A stretch of DNA of 42,712 nt from Bigelowiella natans CCMP2755 (GCA_000320545.1 ADNK01001855.1:1-42712), one strand, 5' to 3'. Counted from the first letter of the stretch, positions 12,514 through 27,227 are shown. The notes: generated by a model from the letters alone, not told the origin. Made by a program: numbers and translations.

Positions 12514-12699
12514 ACTTAATAGCGGTGCAGATCGATTACATGGGCACATATTAAACCTGGGCACTACGTATAAATGATCTTAGTTGATCTAGTTGAGTGG
12601 AACGAAAATTAATACGTATGGGTAGATGCATGCCAAGCAAGATGTTGAATCGAAATGCAAAAAATAACAAGCACATATACGGAAGCTTGCTATTGCATA

Positions 12700-13850
12700 G
12701 GCCTTAGGTCGCCGAACACACTTGCCTAGCCAGTGGCATTCACTGTCATGAATTTGGTTGTGTGTGCTGCAGTTTGCACTGCATACCTCTAGACCTGCAA
12801 GTCATGGAACTGCCTAGATTTCTGCTGTTACGTTAGTATCAGATTGCAATAATCGCGTGATCTAGGCTAGCTAGGCGCCGTCAGCGCTTCTACGCTCATA
12901 GGCTTCTGCTAGGCTTGTCAATGCTAGAATGATGCAACGTGCATCAGCTAGTCAGTGGTAGTTGCACATGTATGCATGCGGTCGATCGATGCCTGTTAGC
13001 CATTCCTAGATTCTAGCATTTTCACATTGTTCAATCTAATGACAATGCTAGAATGTGCACTGCCATGCACCCCATAGCTAGCTAGCACTAGCTACATGCC
13101 GCTAATAGGCTAGCTAGCTAGGCTAGCGTGTCTAGGTGTCACGTAGGTCTAGAGGTGTGCATGCATGTAATGATCTAGCTAGCTAGTGATGGAATGAATG
13201 AGCATCATTGCATGCCACTCTAGCACGCACCATGACTGATCACTACTAGACTAGATCTAGACTAGTAGAGATCACAGAGACCCCTCTCTAGCTCTAGATG
13301 TCAAGTCCTAGACCCTAACACTAACTACCGACTAAATTCACCATTGGTGTAAACTAGTAAGCACCATGTGAGCAGCAAAAGAACAGCACTACTAGAATAG
13401 CTAGCTTTCACTTCTAGACTTACTAGCCATCTCAGTTCACATCATGCACGCTAGCATGCGTCGCACACGCCTAGACGCGCCACGCAGCTTCCATTTAATG
13501 ATTCCACCAGTCTAGGACTCTCAAATTGCTTCCTCGCTCGCTCTCAGGTGCTCTAGTACTCTAGTACTGGTTGTAAACCTCTTGCTTTTTTTTTTTAGCT
13601 TGTGACACTCTAGACCTCTCAAGCTCTACTCGTCTAGACCTGCCAACCCAAGGAGCATAGAGCTGTCATTGTGTTGTTTCCATGATTTGATACCACATCT
13701 AGACATGCATGTTTGCCATAACGCGGCTTAGGAGCTGCACTAGGCGAGGCCATACAAGCCAGGCTAGCAGGGAACGCAGGTGCGCTCACGATCATCTAGT
13801 TATGGCTTGTAGCTGTGGTGGCGCTGCACTGCGCAATGTTGTCAACAAGT
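12700..13850. other. CTAG/CATG-rich intergenic island
   Basis: Dense ctag, gctagc, tctaga and gcatgc words between convergent gene ends; no listed ORF. Confidence 0.85.
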
Positions 13851-13899
13851 GACACTTGGTCTTGCATATTACGATTAATTGCTGTCTAATTTTGTATTC

Positions 13900-15715
13900 G
13901 TCTTATTTTTTGTCCACCGACATTTTTCAACAGTCTTGTCAACGCAAATCCAAACGCGATGATAGTAGAAATGAAAATAAATCCTCGTTTTGCATGTGTG
14001 TTCGTCAATCCTTCCACCTTGCATGGTTGTTAGAAATTTTCAATATGATCTTGATTAAGAGAGCAATCAAAATTAAACTAATATCAAAATAAGTAACCTC
14101 TTCCTTAAATTTTTGTGCTTGCACATTCGTCTTCTGGAATTTTAAAGCCAAGCAATTATATTTCTTGCTATCCCGAAGCCTGAGACACGGGATCAATCAT
14201 TTTCAACTCACTTTACATTCATTTTCAACCTTCCAAGATCACATGAACATTCAGCGATAATTTGATACAGCGGAGACAAATGTCTCCTTGCTCCCTGATT
14301 GATGAAGAGCAGGCAACTTGAAATAATCTGAACACACAGTGTGGCTCATTTTTCAAGATTGCACGCACATGTGTATGATAGTACCTCCTTCTGTAGTTCC
14401 TGTACATTTAAAGATGTTGATACAAATGAATAGAGAGCAATAATTTGATGGAGTTCTCCCGCTTTCTGATTCATTTCCTCAAGAATGGGAAAGAAATCCT
14501 ATTTATTCCAGATATGATGAACATGCAACAGCAGGAAACAAGAGGGAAATGACAACCGCTACATCCTTAACTTCTTTTTCCATGAGACTGTTATGCTCGT
14601 CCATAAGAAAATTGAGCCGATGTTCTAAGTCATGCGTTCGGACTCGAATTGCACGTTGCTCTTGCTTCGATACCATGGTGATGGGTAATGAGGCAGTAAC
14701 TACTGGCAAAATGATGCCTATTTTTTATTCGTAGCAGTTGTCGTAGTCTCCAATCAACATGTGTTTGCAAAAACAACTAATGTTTTCAATTATAGTAGTC
14801 GTCGTAGTCAATCAACATGTGTTTGCAAAAACAACATATGTTTTTATTGGTCTACCACCGGTAGTCACCGGTACTACATTGTTGTCTACATTGTTGTCTA
14901 GCCTAGGTCCAGCATTCCAAACTACTTGATTTCTCAAATTACGACAGAAGCATCTCAGATGAGTCAATAATTCTTTCTACGAGTCACCAGATTTAGATGT
15001 TTACGGATGTCGTTCTGGATAAAACGCCTGTCTTTTGTTCAGTACAGTTGTTCTGTCATTCACCTGCTGCAACTTGTTACTGCCTCAAATGCCCCTCTTG
15101 CTCCAAACACCTACTCATTCTTACTGCTGGTAGTGGTGAGAGGCTATTTGACATTTGCACTCGGACTGTTCCTCCAGAATGGGATGTGGATGTTTCCGTG
15201 GTGTTGACAAAAAGCGCGACCTCCTTTTGCAGATTGAAGCTAATGTCGATTACATTGAGAAAATCTTCAACAATGTTACGTTTCTGATCATCGTGTCTGA
15301 AGATGGCAAAATCATGTGTGAAATAAATCTTTAGCAAAAGCAATATTTATAAACTAATATCAACAAATAATTAGAATCGAAAGAGACAATCAAAGAGGAA
15401 ACAAAAGATCAGAGATGAAGCACAGACAAGAAACTGCAATTTCTTTGATTGGCCCGCTAAATTTACTCTTGAAAGCGGCTTTAAATTTTGGTAGATCCCA
15501 ATTAGAAAATTATGACATCTATTACATTCCATCTTTTCATTTAATCATCTTGAAATCAGGTGCTGTGGCGGGCGTGGACGGCTGCGAGATTATGCACATT
15601 CGAGGGCAGAACACCATATTTTCTCTCTACCGTGTTCGGCGACGGGTTGCATTGTTGGGAATTACAGTATGAATGACGACAAATGATAGCAAACCATACC
15701 TTAGGTTCTAGCATT
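13900..15715 (-). CDS. Uncharacterised multi-exon, probably alpha-helical protein; ends approximate
   Basis: Protein-like segments near plausible splice sites: KRNIVEDFLNVIDISFNLQKEVALFVN, EQRAIRVRTHDLEHRLNFLMDEHNSLMEKEVKD and HCVFRLFQVACSSSIREQGDICLRCIKL. The last loosely recalls the DCB helix of large ARF-GEFs; this is unconfirmed. Confidence 0.5.
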
Positions 15716-16039
15716 CCAATCCATGATGCCTGTAGTCATGGCTTCTCAATTCAATACGACGGGCGCTGATCATCAGATGGTTCCAATCATGACAACACTG
15801 CGCACTCTTCTGGACAACTTTGACGAACTTGAAGGGAAGAAACTTAGGCTAACACACTATGGTCCATCCGTTCATCATCTTTCTGTAACAATGGATTGAT
15901 GGGAACTAGTGCACTTCTATCTAGTGTCGTCTTTGTGGATTAATTATCTCCTCCTTTCAGATGGAGAGAATAATACATTTAGAAACTATGTTAAATAAGT
16001 ATGCGTAAGGACATGTGAGCATTACAGAACATAGGCCAA

Positions 16040-16780
16040 GAGGTGTTTCCCACATGCCTAGCAGCACAAGTAGTCGAAATGTATCTACATATGCTAGTAT
16101 GTACTTTTGTCTTAGAGCTTGCCATGGCATCTGGCACCGTGTTACGTTCTAAAGATAGAGACACATGCTCTCCTCTATATAGCTCTATAGCTAGATAGGT
16201 CCAGCAGCTACTAACTAACTGCTCAATAATTTCGCGCTAACTCTAGTAACTAGCTAGCTAGCACACGCACATGTAACGGTGTTACGTCGTTACGTCACAT
16301 GCGCTACTCTAGTACTGCACTAGCTAGCGCTAGTCAGCTATATCAGTACTACTGCTATAAAGCTAGCTAGTAGCTAGCATAGAGAGCAGTGCAGCATGAC
16401 TGTCTAGATCTAGAGATCTAGAGATGACTAGCTAGCTAGCTAGCTAGCCAGCTCTAGAGCTAGATGAGACCCAACCAGCTAGCTAGCTAGTCTAGCTAGT
16501 CGTGACTTTCCACATTGACGACACAAAGATGCAACAACACGCTAGCTAGCTAGCTAGCACATCTAGACATGCTAGCATAGCTAGATGACACAAATTCTAC
16601 AAATGTTGCGTTGCATCTAGACTTCTATGACGACTAGCAGATGATTCTGCTGTGATTCGTGCGTATGCTAGCATGGCAGCATCGCTAGATCGACTGCAGC
16701 CAGTTTAGCAGTGTCTCATTTCAATCATGCTCATCACACCGCTCTGGTGTTAGAACTCGCCACTAGCCACAATCTACATC
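16040..16780. other. CTAG/CATG-rich intergenic island
   Basis: More than 30 CTAG in 16201-16620 by manual count, including (CTAG)4 runs. GG/CC are rare. Confidence 0.9.
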
Positions 16781-16839
16781 TTGAAGATGCGATGCAGATG
16801 CTTGGGCATCAAGCGCACAATGATAATTGTTGACCTGCT

Positions 16840-19800
16840 CATATTGCTACCCGAGTTGCCTCAAGTGCCGAAGTCACAAGAAAATATGGCAGTGCACGAC
16901 GACCAAACGCATTTGGAGCAGAACGGAAATCAACATGTTCTTCACAATGAAATTACTACGAACAAAATGGCATCATAGACGGTAAATTTACAGGAAAGGT
17001 AGAATCTCTAATCTTTCATACCAGCGCACATAGCCTTGCACTCCTCTTCTGACATGCCCGTGATCTTGGCTAGTTTCTTAACTACCATTGCATCGCGCTG
17101 CTTTCGCACACTTTTAACAATTTGGAGTTTCATTTTCTCGGTTGGTACCAACTTTCCAAGATTGCGAATCTGCATATTTAAACGGGCACTATTAAATAAA
17201 CATCACAACTATGTTTGAGCAGCGACAACCTCTGATTTTTGCTGCCGGACTCTTTCAATCAATTCCTTATTCTACCATGGATATCAATTAAAATTAATTA
17301 GTGTAAATACAAGGTATATCAAGTAGTACTTACTTCAGACTTAAGTATCTTGGCTTGATTAGTGTGCGCATGTAAAGCTTGCTGAGCCTCCTTCAGCCCA
17401 TTGTTTACCAACATATACTTGTCTTTGAAAGCTTTCATCCTATTCTTTAGTTTTTCGATTTGTTCGTTCTTGGCCTGCCCTTCCGCATTGATACGATCCA
17501 GAAGTTGCACCTTTGAAGCTAACTCTTGAATTTGGGAGTCTTTGTCTCGTATCTATGTAGGATGAATAAAAGCAAGGAGTATTTACGACTAAAGCTATGT
17601 AAATAAACATTTGTTTGTGCGAATAAAAATTCCAATAGATAAATGAACACCTGTGATTCGAGGGACTGCTTCTCTGCTGCTAGGGAGTCAACATTGTTCT
17701 GCAGCATTTGCTGTTTTATCGCTGCAGTGTCCACACAACTTTCCAGACCAGAGATTTTCGCTTTAATTTCAACTTCCTTTGAACCCATCTTATTCATACT
17801 ATCAAGAGCCTGTGCAAGCTTAGATTCAAGAATTTCTTTCTCTTTTAACATTGAGCTCAGCGTTAGGGATACATCATTACTAGCTATGCTTGTGTGAAGT
17901 GGTTGCAAAGCTTTCTGAATATTGACGAGTTTCGCTTCCAAACTATCCTTTTTCAATTGAAGTTCTTTGTTGTTATTAACTTCCGTTACTAACTGGTCTT
18001 TCACTGCTTTCAACTTGTCTTCAAAAGTTGATTTCTCCCGCGTCAAACTTTCTTCTAGCTCTTCAATAGTGTTCTCCATAGCTACCTGTGCCTCCTTCGT
18101 AAAATCATCCTTTTGTCGTTGCTGGTTCTCAAATATCTCGATTTTCCCTTTCAATTCACTCTCTTGTCTTTTGTAAGACTCTAACTCTGACATAACTCGG
18201 GAGAGTTCAGATTCAACCCGTTTATTCTCTTCAATTTTTCGAGAAATAGCATCTTTCATATCTTCAGCTGCAGCCTGTTTCTCTCTGGAAATAAGATCTG
18301 CTTTTGCGTTCGATTTCTCTAGTGCATCTTGCAGGTCTGATAACTTGGCAATATTTTCATCAAGCTGGAAAAAACAAGTAATAACAGACAGAATTAGAGC
18401 ATAAGACGATTTTTTGAGTCATACAAGTAACTCATACCACTTTTTGTAGATTTTGTCTTGCATCGATTTCCTTTTGGAGACTCTCAGACATTTCTTCATT
18501 CGAAATAGTAAGCACTTCTGTTTGGCATTGTTCAGGAACCCGTGATTTCTCTCCCACCTTGTTCTCTTCATCATGATTAACAACCTTCACAAATTATTTT
18601 ATTAACCCATAGAAATTGGTAAAAGTAAGAATGAAAGTTTTTTAGGAACCTGCAGCTGCTTTTCCTGTTCATTCTTCGTAAGTGCATTGACCTATAATAA
18701 ACGAAATGATCAATTTATCAAATTCTAGTACGAATTATGAATTTAAAATTAGACCATATTTCAATAATAATACACCTGTTCTTCTTTATTCTGTTCTTTC
18801 TCATTCCTCCTAATAGATGCTAGCTTGAGCCTGACAGCTTCAAGCTCCTCTGATACCTTTTCTTTCTCCTCTTCTATGTCCTTACGATCTTCTTCAAGAT
18901 TTCCCAATTCAAACGTGAGGCTCTGTAGACTTTCTTCCTTTTGCTCTAAAATTGCTTCTACATGTTCAAGCTTGCCCTCTAAATCTTTGTTTTTCTTCTC
19001 CAATTTCGTTAGAGATTCTACCGCTTCAGCTTTAAGAGTTTCTTCATTTTTGAACTTCAAAGATAGTTCGTTTAGGTGAAGCTTAAGCGTACTGGCCTCT
19101 TCTTTGCTGTGATCATAAGTGGTCTGTAACTGAGAAAGTCTGGTTATGAACTCTTGATTTGCAGACTGTTGCTCTGCAAGCTCCTTCTCAATTGAACATC
19201 GATTTTTCTTCTCCGTTTCTAGCAGACTGGTCAGCAAAAGATTTGTCTTTTTTTCCACTTCTTCTTCGTCTTCTTTGCTCGAAATGGAGCCATCACATGA
19301 TACCAATGTGAAGGTGTCTGATTCTACAAGGCTTGAAACTTTTTCATCAGAACATATTTTTTGAGAAGAAATTTCTGCTTGTAGCTCATCAATTCTATGT
19401 GATTGCTTTTCGTTCTCTTCCTCAAGTTTAGCCCGATCCTTCTTCTCAATCTCAAGTTCTTGTGTAATATAGTTGATTTTCTCCTTATCTTCAGCAGCAC
19501 ATTTCTGCATCCTCTTCTGTTCTGCTTCCAATTCGATAAGAGATTCCCTTTGCAACCTTACTTGTTCTTCAGCGTCAGCATTTTTTCCCACAAGACTCTC
19601 AATACGGTTACGTAGGTCAGCCTTTTCGTTGAGGGCAGTTTCTCTTGAAACTCTTAGCTTTTCTTTGAGCTCAATTATTTGAGAGTCCTTTCTGGAAGTG
19701 TCTGCACGCATATCATCCAGGCATGACTGGAGTTCTGAAGCAATCGCCTTAACTTCCTCAGTGGATTTTGCCCACGTCTCCTCTTTGAAGTGCCAATCGC

Positions 19801-20946
19801 GTAGAGAAATCTCCAACTCATCTATCTGATGCTTATAGTTATTTTGTTCTTTCAACAGAAGTTGTTTCACGTCGTAGTTCTTCGATTCCAAATTATCACA
19901 CATATCTTGTAAGCTGGCTAGTTTTTTCTGTGAAAGTTCAAGGCACACACGAAGCTGATCAATTTTCCCCTTCTCAACTGTCGTAACCCCTAGTAAGGCT
20001 TCACTCATTGGAGATGAACAGTTGCTGTCTGTTGACGACAACAATCCGAAGTCAACCGAAGAAGGTGTTGATTTTATATCGTCTTTCTCATTCATTTTAT
20101 TGAACAATTTCTGCGATTATATGATAAAATGTGATTTAGCACCAATTGGTATTCTTTAACCGACAATAGAAACTACTAAAACTAATGCTAGTAGACCTTC
20201 TGTTGTGATGGGGTGCGGTGGTCTGTGTTTCCAGATATATCCCCCAGTGGCATTCGATTAGTGACAGGAGGGGATCTAAAAATGACCGACGACGACGACA
20301 ACGTCCTTATCAACCCACTTATAATTAAAAGAAATTAATTTATAAAGAGAGACTCAAGTCGGTTTCATTCCATATTAACTTTCCCACCCGCATACACAGG
20401 TCATACAAATTTATAAAGGAAATTATTGAGCATGGGAGAGATAAGTTTCTGAGCAGATTATTACCCAAGCTCAGCGTCTTCTTGGATTAGAGCTTTTCTC
20501 TTTCTAGATTTTTTTCTTCGACCTGAGGAGATGAAAAGTTGATCTGAAGAAGAACAACTCACTCTGATACTACTACTACTTGCAGCAGCAACTTCTTCTT
20601 GCTGCGAATAATAATCACCTACCTCGAACTTCCACAATCTTGACACAATTAAGTCGACGTTTCAGTTGCGCATTTTCTTGTTTCAGTCGCCGAATAAGGG
20701 TTGCATCATCAACAATTTCGTTGATCTCTATTTTATTTTTTATATTTTTCGCTCGACTAGCAAACTTCAAGGTGCTCAGTGTCTCATCAGTGTGCATTGA
20801 AGCAGGTGTGACGCAACAAAGGATAGCAGTCCTAGAACTTCCTAAGTACCAATGAGCGAATGAAGGAAGTTGGGAAAATCGAGAGAGAGTAATACAGTTC
20901 GCTTATTGCAGCGAAATGAATACAAAGTACACCACCACGTGCGTAT

Positions 20947-20986
<40 letters not shown>

Positions 20987-22393
20987 CTCCCAGCGCTGTT
21001 TGCAAAATTCGAGTAAGTTTGCTGTCTCGATATGGAATATGACTTCCACTGCCTTCTGACAACTTTCTGATGACTGTACCCAACGTGAGAAGACTTTTGT
21101 TTATGTGGCCACCCTCCTGGAAAAGAGAGAAAAATGAATCAAACAACACAAATTCTAGGAACCAATATTTTTAACATCTCACACAAATGATAGGATACAT
21201 AAGTGACAAAGAAAGGTGGCCGATTTTGTGTTGTTGCCTGTTTTAACTACCTTGAGGCGAATGCCCTGGCTCTTGGTCTGAGAACATCGTTCTGAGCCCG
21301 CAAGATCCACCAGATTCAGACACGCCCTTAATCCCTTGGAACCAAATTCTTCGTCTTTTTCTTTCAATTCCGAGCTTATAATCTAGATGAATAGTTTTAG
21401 GTCAGGATATTCGTTTACGTGACTCTATGCACAAACTTACAATTCGTAGAATAGAATGCGATCTTGAACTTTCGCTATTCATGGCAGTTTTTCCAACAGT
21501 ACGATTTCTCTCAGTGTCCTGAAGCTTTTGAAAGACTTCCTCCTGATGAACCTCAATTTCTGTTAATCCTCCTACATATATCCCTTTTCTCAAATCCTCA
21601 TGAACCTTATAACAAGACCAAGTAAGATTCATTAAAAAATATCGATATACAGGGATACTATATAGGGATAACCACCTTTAATGTTCCTGAATCAGGATTC
21701 ATAAGATCCTTGATCACTTCGTTGTATATTTCCATGTAAGACATTTGAACTCGAAACTGACGTTCTTCGCAGTTTTGAATCTGCATTGGTGGGCTTTGTG
21801 AGAATCACACGATAGATGACAAAATCGGGAAGTTGCGTTGAATTGAATGATTACATGGTCGAATATCTCATCCACAGCACGTTTGATGATCCCTGACATG
21901 GAATATGTCTTTCCAGAGGACGTTTGCCCATACGCAAAAATTGTCCCATTGACTCCTTGGAGAGCAGATTGAATCACAGACTGTGCAACAGACGTGTAGA
22001 TATCGTCCGTATTGTTCTAAGGAAAAGCAAAATAAAACGTGAGAAGGCAACGGTACTATCGAATTAAAATTCTTCATTTTGAACGGCGTGAACTAACTGG
22101 ATGATGCATTTATTACCCCATCATCAAAAACTTGATCAAAGGTAAATGAGGAGGTCTTTATCATCCTCATTTCCTGATCCAACTGAGCAATAGTGTTTTC
22201 CTTTGGGTCAACCTAAAGTGGTGTTGTTGTAAGAGGACTTAGCGAGTGGTTGGTATAGAATACAGTAAACTTTAATCTATTTGATGTCTTGCGTTACCTT
22301 CCAGGATGCATATTGATTCTGCTTGAGCTCTCTTTCATTAAGAGGGCGCACACGAATTGATACTGAAATACTTTCCTCGGAAGGATCGAGCAT
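16840..22393 (-). CDS. Kinesin-7 / CENP-E-like N-terminal motor with long coiled-coil stalk; 3' end approximate
   Basis: Starts [22 protein letters not shown]. Motor motifs [22 protein letters not shown] (P-loop), [57 protein letters not shown] and [13 protein letters not shown]. Heptad-rich E/K exons lie within ORFs 18761-20107 and 17519-18259. Confidence 0.93.
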
Positions 22394-23034
22394 AGCTATG
22401 CGAGATGATAAAAAGAAATGTGTGTGTTTGTGTGTGTGTGAAGGGATTGAGGGGTGTGGGTTCTTTTTGAATTTGTGAGCAATGGCTCTTTTCCTTCGCC
22501 GACAACATATCTTATGTCGCGCAGGAAGAACCCCAGTGATTTTTTCGATAAATCCAGATAGCCGTTAAATGGTGATTACTAGAGATTCTGGGAGATGATT
22601 GTTATTACTTTTTTTACACCATGAGATCTCGAGAAATTGATGTGCGACAAGAAAAAGAAGTCGATGTGTATCTTATGATGAAATGAGCTTGTTTCATCAC
22701 AGTGCCAGTGGCACCATCAACGTGGTGTTGGTTTCTTCATAGATCTAGATCGCACGCACGTGTTCACATGCGACAGCCCATCATGCACAATCATGTTAGC
22801 TGCTTTGTGTGACTAAGACATCCACAAAAGCTTGTCGCACAGAATAACTGTTGCGTGTTCGGCAATGCCTCAATCCCATTGCTCGCGCCAGCACAGTTTC
22901 TTCTTCTGCCGCTACCACTGCGATAAGATATCCGGATGATCGTTTCTTGCGCAAAGAAGAAAACCTCTCGATCTAGATCTACCTCGACCTAAACAGAATC
23001 CAAACCACTAACCTTACTTTCCTTTCCAAGACAC

Positions 23035-24481
23035 ATGCATCGCTCTCCATCCACCTTCTACCAAAGCTACAAGACCGAGTACGCACCTAGCGTCCCGTCA
23101 CGTACACCTCGACTTCTTCTGCTCGCAACGACAGTTTTAGCAGCAATCGCGCTCCTAGTGTGCCCTATCGTTATCCTACATCGAAACGGAGGACTTCTTG
23201 GCTATAGTGTTCAACCAGCTCCATCAACAATGGCGACTATGAGACCACTACCTTCCTTTCGTTTTTCGACTCCCAGACGTTGTCCGAGCCTTCCCTTAAG
23301 AAGACAAGCACTAAACGATGGAAAAAAATTCATCACGCTAGATGATCTTCAAGAGTTTGGCAACACCTTCGATTCGTACAAAAATGTCGTCGACGCTGGT
23401 ACTCTACAATAATAAAATACTCTCCTCGATAATGATAAGTTTGACTCTCAATCAACAATTACAAAAGGTTTCAAACCAGAACAGCTTGATTCGAAGCTAA
23501 AAGAAGGCTACCATATTCTGGACGTCCGCCCAATGTTCGAAGTTGATCGCATCCGACCAAAGTAGCATTTATAAGAGAACGTTTAAAGAGAACTGAATGA
23601 AAACCAACTATCACTGAGCCATACGTCACCACCATCAAAACCGATGACATTGACACAATGTCATCAATAATGATTCATCTCCTTTTGTCAGGGAGAGCAC
23701 GCACGTTCCTTTCATCACTGAGGAGGTGCAAGATGGCGGGCTGAAAAGTTTAGTTTCCAAATGGTACTACCTTAATCGCGAACTCGCAATCGAAAACTAT
23801 CGTCATTTGATCATACACCTCAAAGTAGACTTTGACGAGAAGAGTAGTTGTAACATGGGTTTGCTGCGTCTGTCTATCTGTCTCCTTGGTACGATCATGA
23901 CATTTAAGGTCACACACAATAAACTCTGATCCAGCCCAAAACTCTAACTTTGCGGACGAAGTTGCAAAGAAATTTTGGCGAAAGAAGAAAGGGGCAAAGA
24001 TTATTGTCGCTTGTGGTGAGGGTCCAAGATCCCTTCTGGCTGCAAAGGCTCTAACTGAAGCTGGGTTTGAGGATAGCCACTGGCTAGCTGGAGGATTTGC
24101 TGCAGTGCCTGAAGGTGTACTACAAAGCGAAGGAACTGGCGGAGTTGGCTATTCACTAGCTAGTGTCAGTGGAAGGAAAATTGCTGGTGAAGTTGCTGAG
24201 GGAATGATGAAGGTATTTCCAGTATTTGTAGTGTATATGATATCATATTGAATGCGCTACTTATTTGAATCCAAGTGTCCTAGCATGAAATTCTCTGAAC
24301 ATTTGCGGGTGTGATGCATATTCAGGCGGGAAATGCAGCATTTTCCGCATTCAAAGACAAGTTTAGTGATGCTGATGCAGCCTCTACGTTCTCGGCAATC
24401 AAAGACAAACTAAACACTGCTGCAGGTGTTAAGACCAAAGAAATGGAGGATGCGGTCAAGGAGGGCGGGGAGTCTCATTAA
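23035..24481 (+). CDS. Rhodanese-domain protein (plant chloroplast STR10-like) with bipartite plastid-targeting leader, about 5 exons
   Basis: Spliced GYHILDVRPMFEVDRIRPK|ESTHVPF...SKW|SHTINSDPAQNSNF...KIIVACGEGPRSLLAAKALTEAGFEDSHWLAGGF carries an active-site Cys. The N-terminus has hydrophobic LLLLATTVLAAIALLVCPIVIL followed by an S/T/R/P-rich transit-like segment. Stop TAA at 24479-24481. Confidence 0.88.
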
Positions 24482-24699
24482 AAACATGGGGCGATTTATA
24501 GATTCAGGGCATAGATGCCTGATTGCATTTTTTGAACTTTCAGGCACCATTTTATTTTTGAGGTGAGAGTCAACATGAATTTAATTTAAACAGATGACAT
24601 GTGACGCATTCAAGATGTCAATCAAAGAATATTTCATTCGAACACATTTCATTTTTTATGTGAAGCTACTGGCATGCGCAAAACAAATGTGTGGACGTA

Positions 24700-25545
24700 C
24701 ATGTGATGATGATGCTCTATCTAGATGCATGCGTCCAAACGTCTAGATCTCCGTACGTGCATGTCATCTAGACATGCTAGCTTGTCGTGTTCGCTAGTTC
24801 GATGATGACGCAACCCAGCGTGTTTGCATGTAAATTTTTAGTTTCAGCGCTGTCTAGCTGTGGCCACGCTAGCACGGTTGCTATATCTAGATAGGTTGGT
24901 TTGAGTGAAATCATTTTTGAACTGCAAGACCACAAGAGCCGCTGCTAATTTTTGATTGAGGGCTAGCTAGCTAGTACTAGAGCAAGCTAGATTCCACTTG
25001 CGACAAAATGCAATCTTAGAATGAGGTCAATGGCAGATGACATCATTGCTGTCTCACTAGTCTCAGTGCATTGCTAGATTGCTAGATTGATCAGAGCTAG
25101 AGAGTTCTAGAGTTCTGTGCCAATCGATCTGGCAATGCTGGCCAGAACTAGAGAATGGCAATCATGATCATTGCCGTTCAGTTTCAACGGTTCCCTGAGA
25201 ATCAACCGGCGGAGGGAATTCTTGACTAGACTGAGCTCATTGTCGCTTACACATGCACATGCACGAATCCTGCTAGCCTGCCCCTTCTCTAGATCTAGCC
25301 ATGCTAGCATGGAGCATGAGAGCACAGCCTTTTCTTGTCGTTGTTGACTCATGATCCTATCGTAAGAGATAACAACAACCATGATGATTGATGTGCACGT
25401 AGACAACATACATGTACGTGCTGCTGCTCTGCTCCTCCTCCTCCTCCTCCTCCTCCTCCTCCTCCTCCTTCCTCCATGATTCTAGGAGATAATGACAGTA
25501 GGTAGTTACCTGGACACATGCTAGCATGTTGCTAGATCTGAGCAT
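24700..25545. other. CTAG/CATG-rich intergenic island
   Basis: Same word enrichment (gctagctagctag, tctagatctag, catgctagcatg). Confidence 0.85.
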
Positions 25546-25924
25546 ACCCAACCGATAAAATAAATAAAATAAAATAAAATAAAATAAATTTAAAAAATAA
25601 ATTAGCGGTGATAGCGGTGGTAGTAGCTCGTAATGTAGATGTCGATGTGAAGGTGGTAATGCATTTGTTATTCATGAAGAAGACCTATCAACTTTGACGG
25701 TGGGGAGGAGAAGGATGATGACGATGATGATAATGTTGATGATAATGACGAGGATGATGATGATGGAGAGGTAATATTGCAGTCCGTATACCAAATTTTC
25801 AAATCATAAGAAAAAGTTATTCTTGTGTTGGCTGCTGCACAGCGCTTGCCACCAAAGGACTCAACGATGACGAATTTCTTCCCTCTTGAACGAAGAACAG
25901 CTTTACTTGCTACCGCCTCACATA

Positions 25925-26723
25925 ATGATGATTAGCTCTCGTTTGCAGGCACAGCGAAAACAACGTTGTGCTGTCGCTACAATCATCACAATCTTTATCA
26001 TGTTTGCAATCACCTTTATGGGGGGGGCTATGACTGAGGAAAGATTCATCCTCAAAGCAACTAGGAATAATCATAGTAGCGACAATTTTAGATGGGAGAT
26101 TGGTGGTATTAAGAAGTTCCAAGCAGTGATGGCAGCATCAGCAGCATGTAGAGCTAGACCAAGGTCGAAAGGACTTCAGGGTGGTGGTGCTGGTACAGGT
26201 GCTGATACTGCTGACAAGGAGGGAGACTCTAATGAGGAACAACAACCTAAGAACAAGAAGAAAAAGAAGAGAAGGTAGTAGCACAATGATCTTGCGCTAA
26301 TGTATGAAATGTTTTATAGCGTATACCGTATTTCCTTGATGTTTAAAATAGACGAAAGCGCCATCGTCATCACCGGCAAGAAGAAGAAGAAGGTTGTACA
26401 TACTTGGAAAATAATGCTACTTCTACCACTATTACTACTATTACTACTATTACTACTACTGCATCTCCTTTCATCTTATAATTGATCGTCTCGTTTTCAG
26501 ATAAGAGACTTGACTTCCAAGCAGAAACCGGCTTGTTAAATGCGCCCGATCAAGACCTTCTCACCAAACAGCAGCAACAATTCCAAACAATCCCCCACCA
26601 GCACCAGCACCAACCTGGGAGTAAGATGGAGGATGATGAGGGGGCGGAATTAGCTGGTGTTGCTGACGGGAAGGTTTATCACATGTTGATGCATGCATGT
26701 GTGAATGTGTGTGAGACAGATAC

Positions 26724-26765
<42 letters not shown>

Positions 26766-27194
26766 CGCATTGTCCGTTCTTATATGCGGCATGAACATGA
26801 CATATATTTTGATTGTGAGATGTGCCGTGAATAGATTTTTATTGAATTAACAATAGGGAGAAGATGGATATTGTTCGGATGATGCTGAGGCAAATAATCG
26901 GATGAAATGGGGTTACTATGATCCAAGGGAGGATGAACCTTTTTGGAACGATTGGTCAATACTAGCAGCAGCACGATATGATGATGATGCTTCACTGCTC
27001 TGCTTAATAAGTGAGGGACTACGAAGAGTAGATATAATGGGGATAAAATCCTCCTTAGATTCTCCACAATGCATGCCATCCATTCGAATTCCATGATGTG
27101 CAAGCTATTCGTCTACTTCACTCGTGTGTCCGGTCTCAACAAAGGTTTTGCAAGCGGGAAGATCCCCTTGACCCTCCAGATGGCTATTGCTGGG

Positions 27195-27227
<33 letters not shown>

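Noticed and set aside
16040-16780. CTAG islands as MITEs or as simple CpG decay
   Set aside because: No terminal inverted repeats or shared sequence seen between islands, and CpG (cgcg, acgt, tcga) is still present.
17643-19682. Plus-strand Ser-rich ORFs
   Set aside because: Antisense shadows of the E/K-rich kinesin coiled-coil exons.
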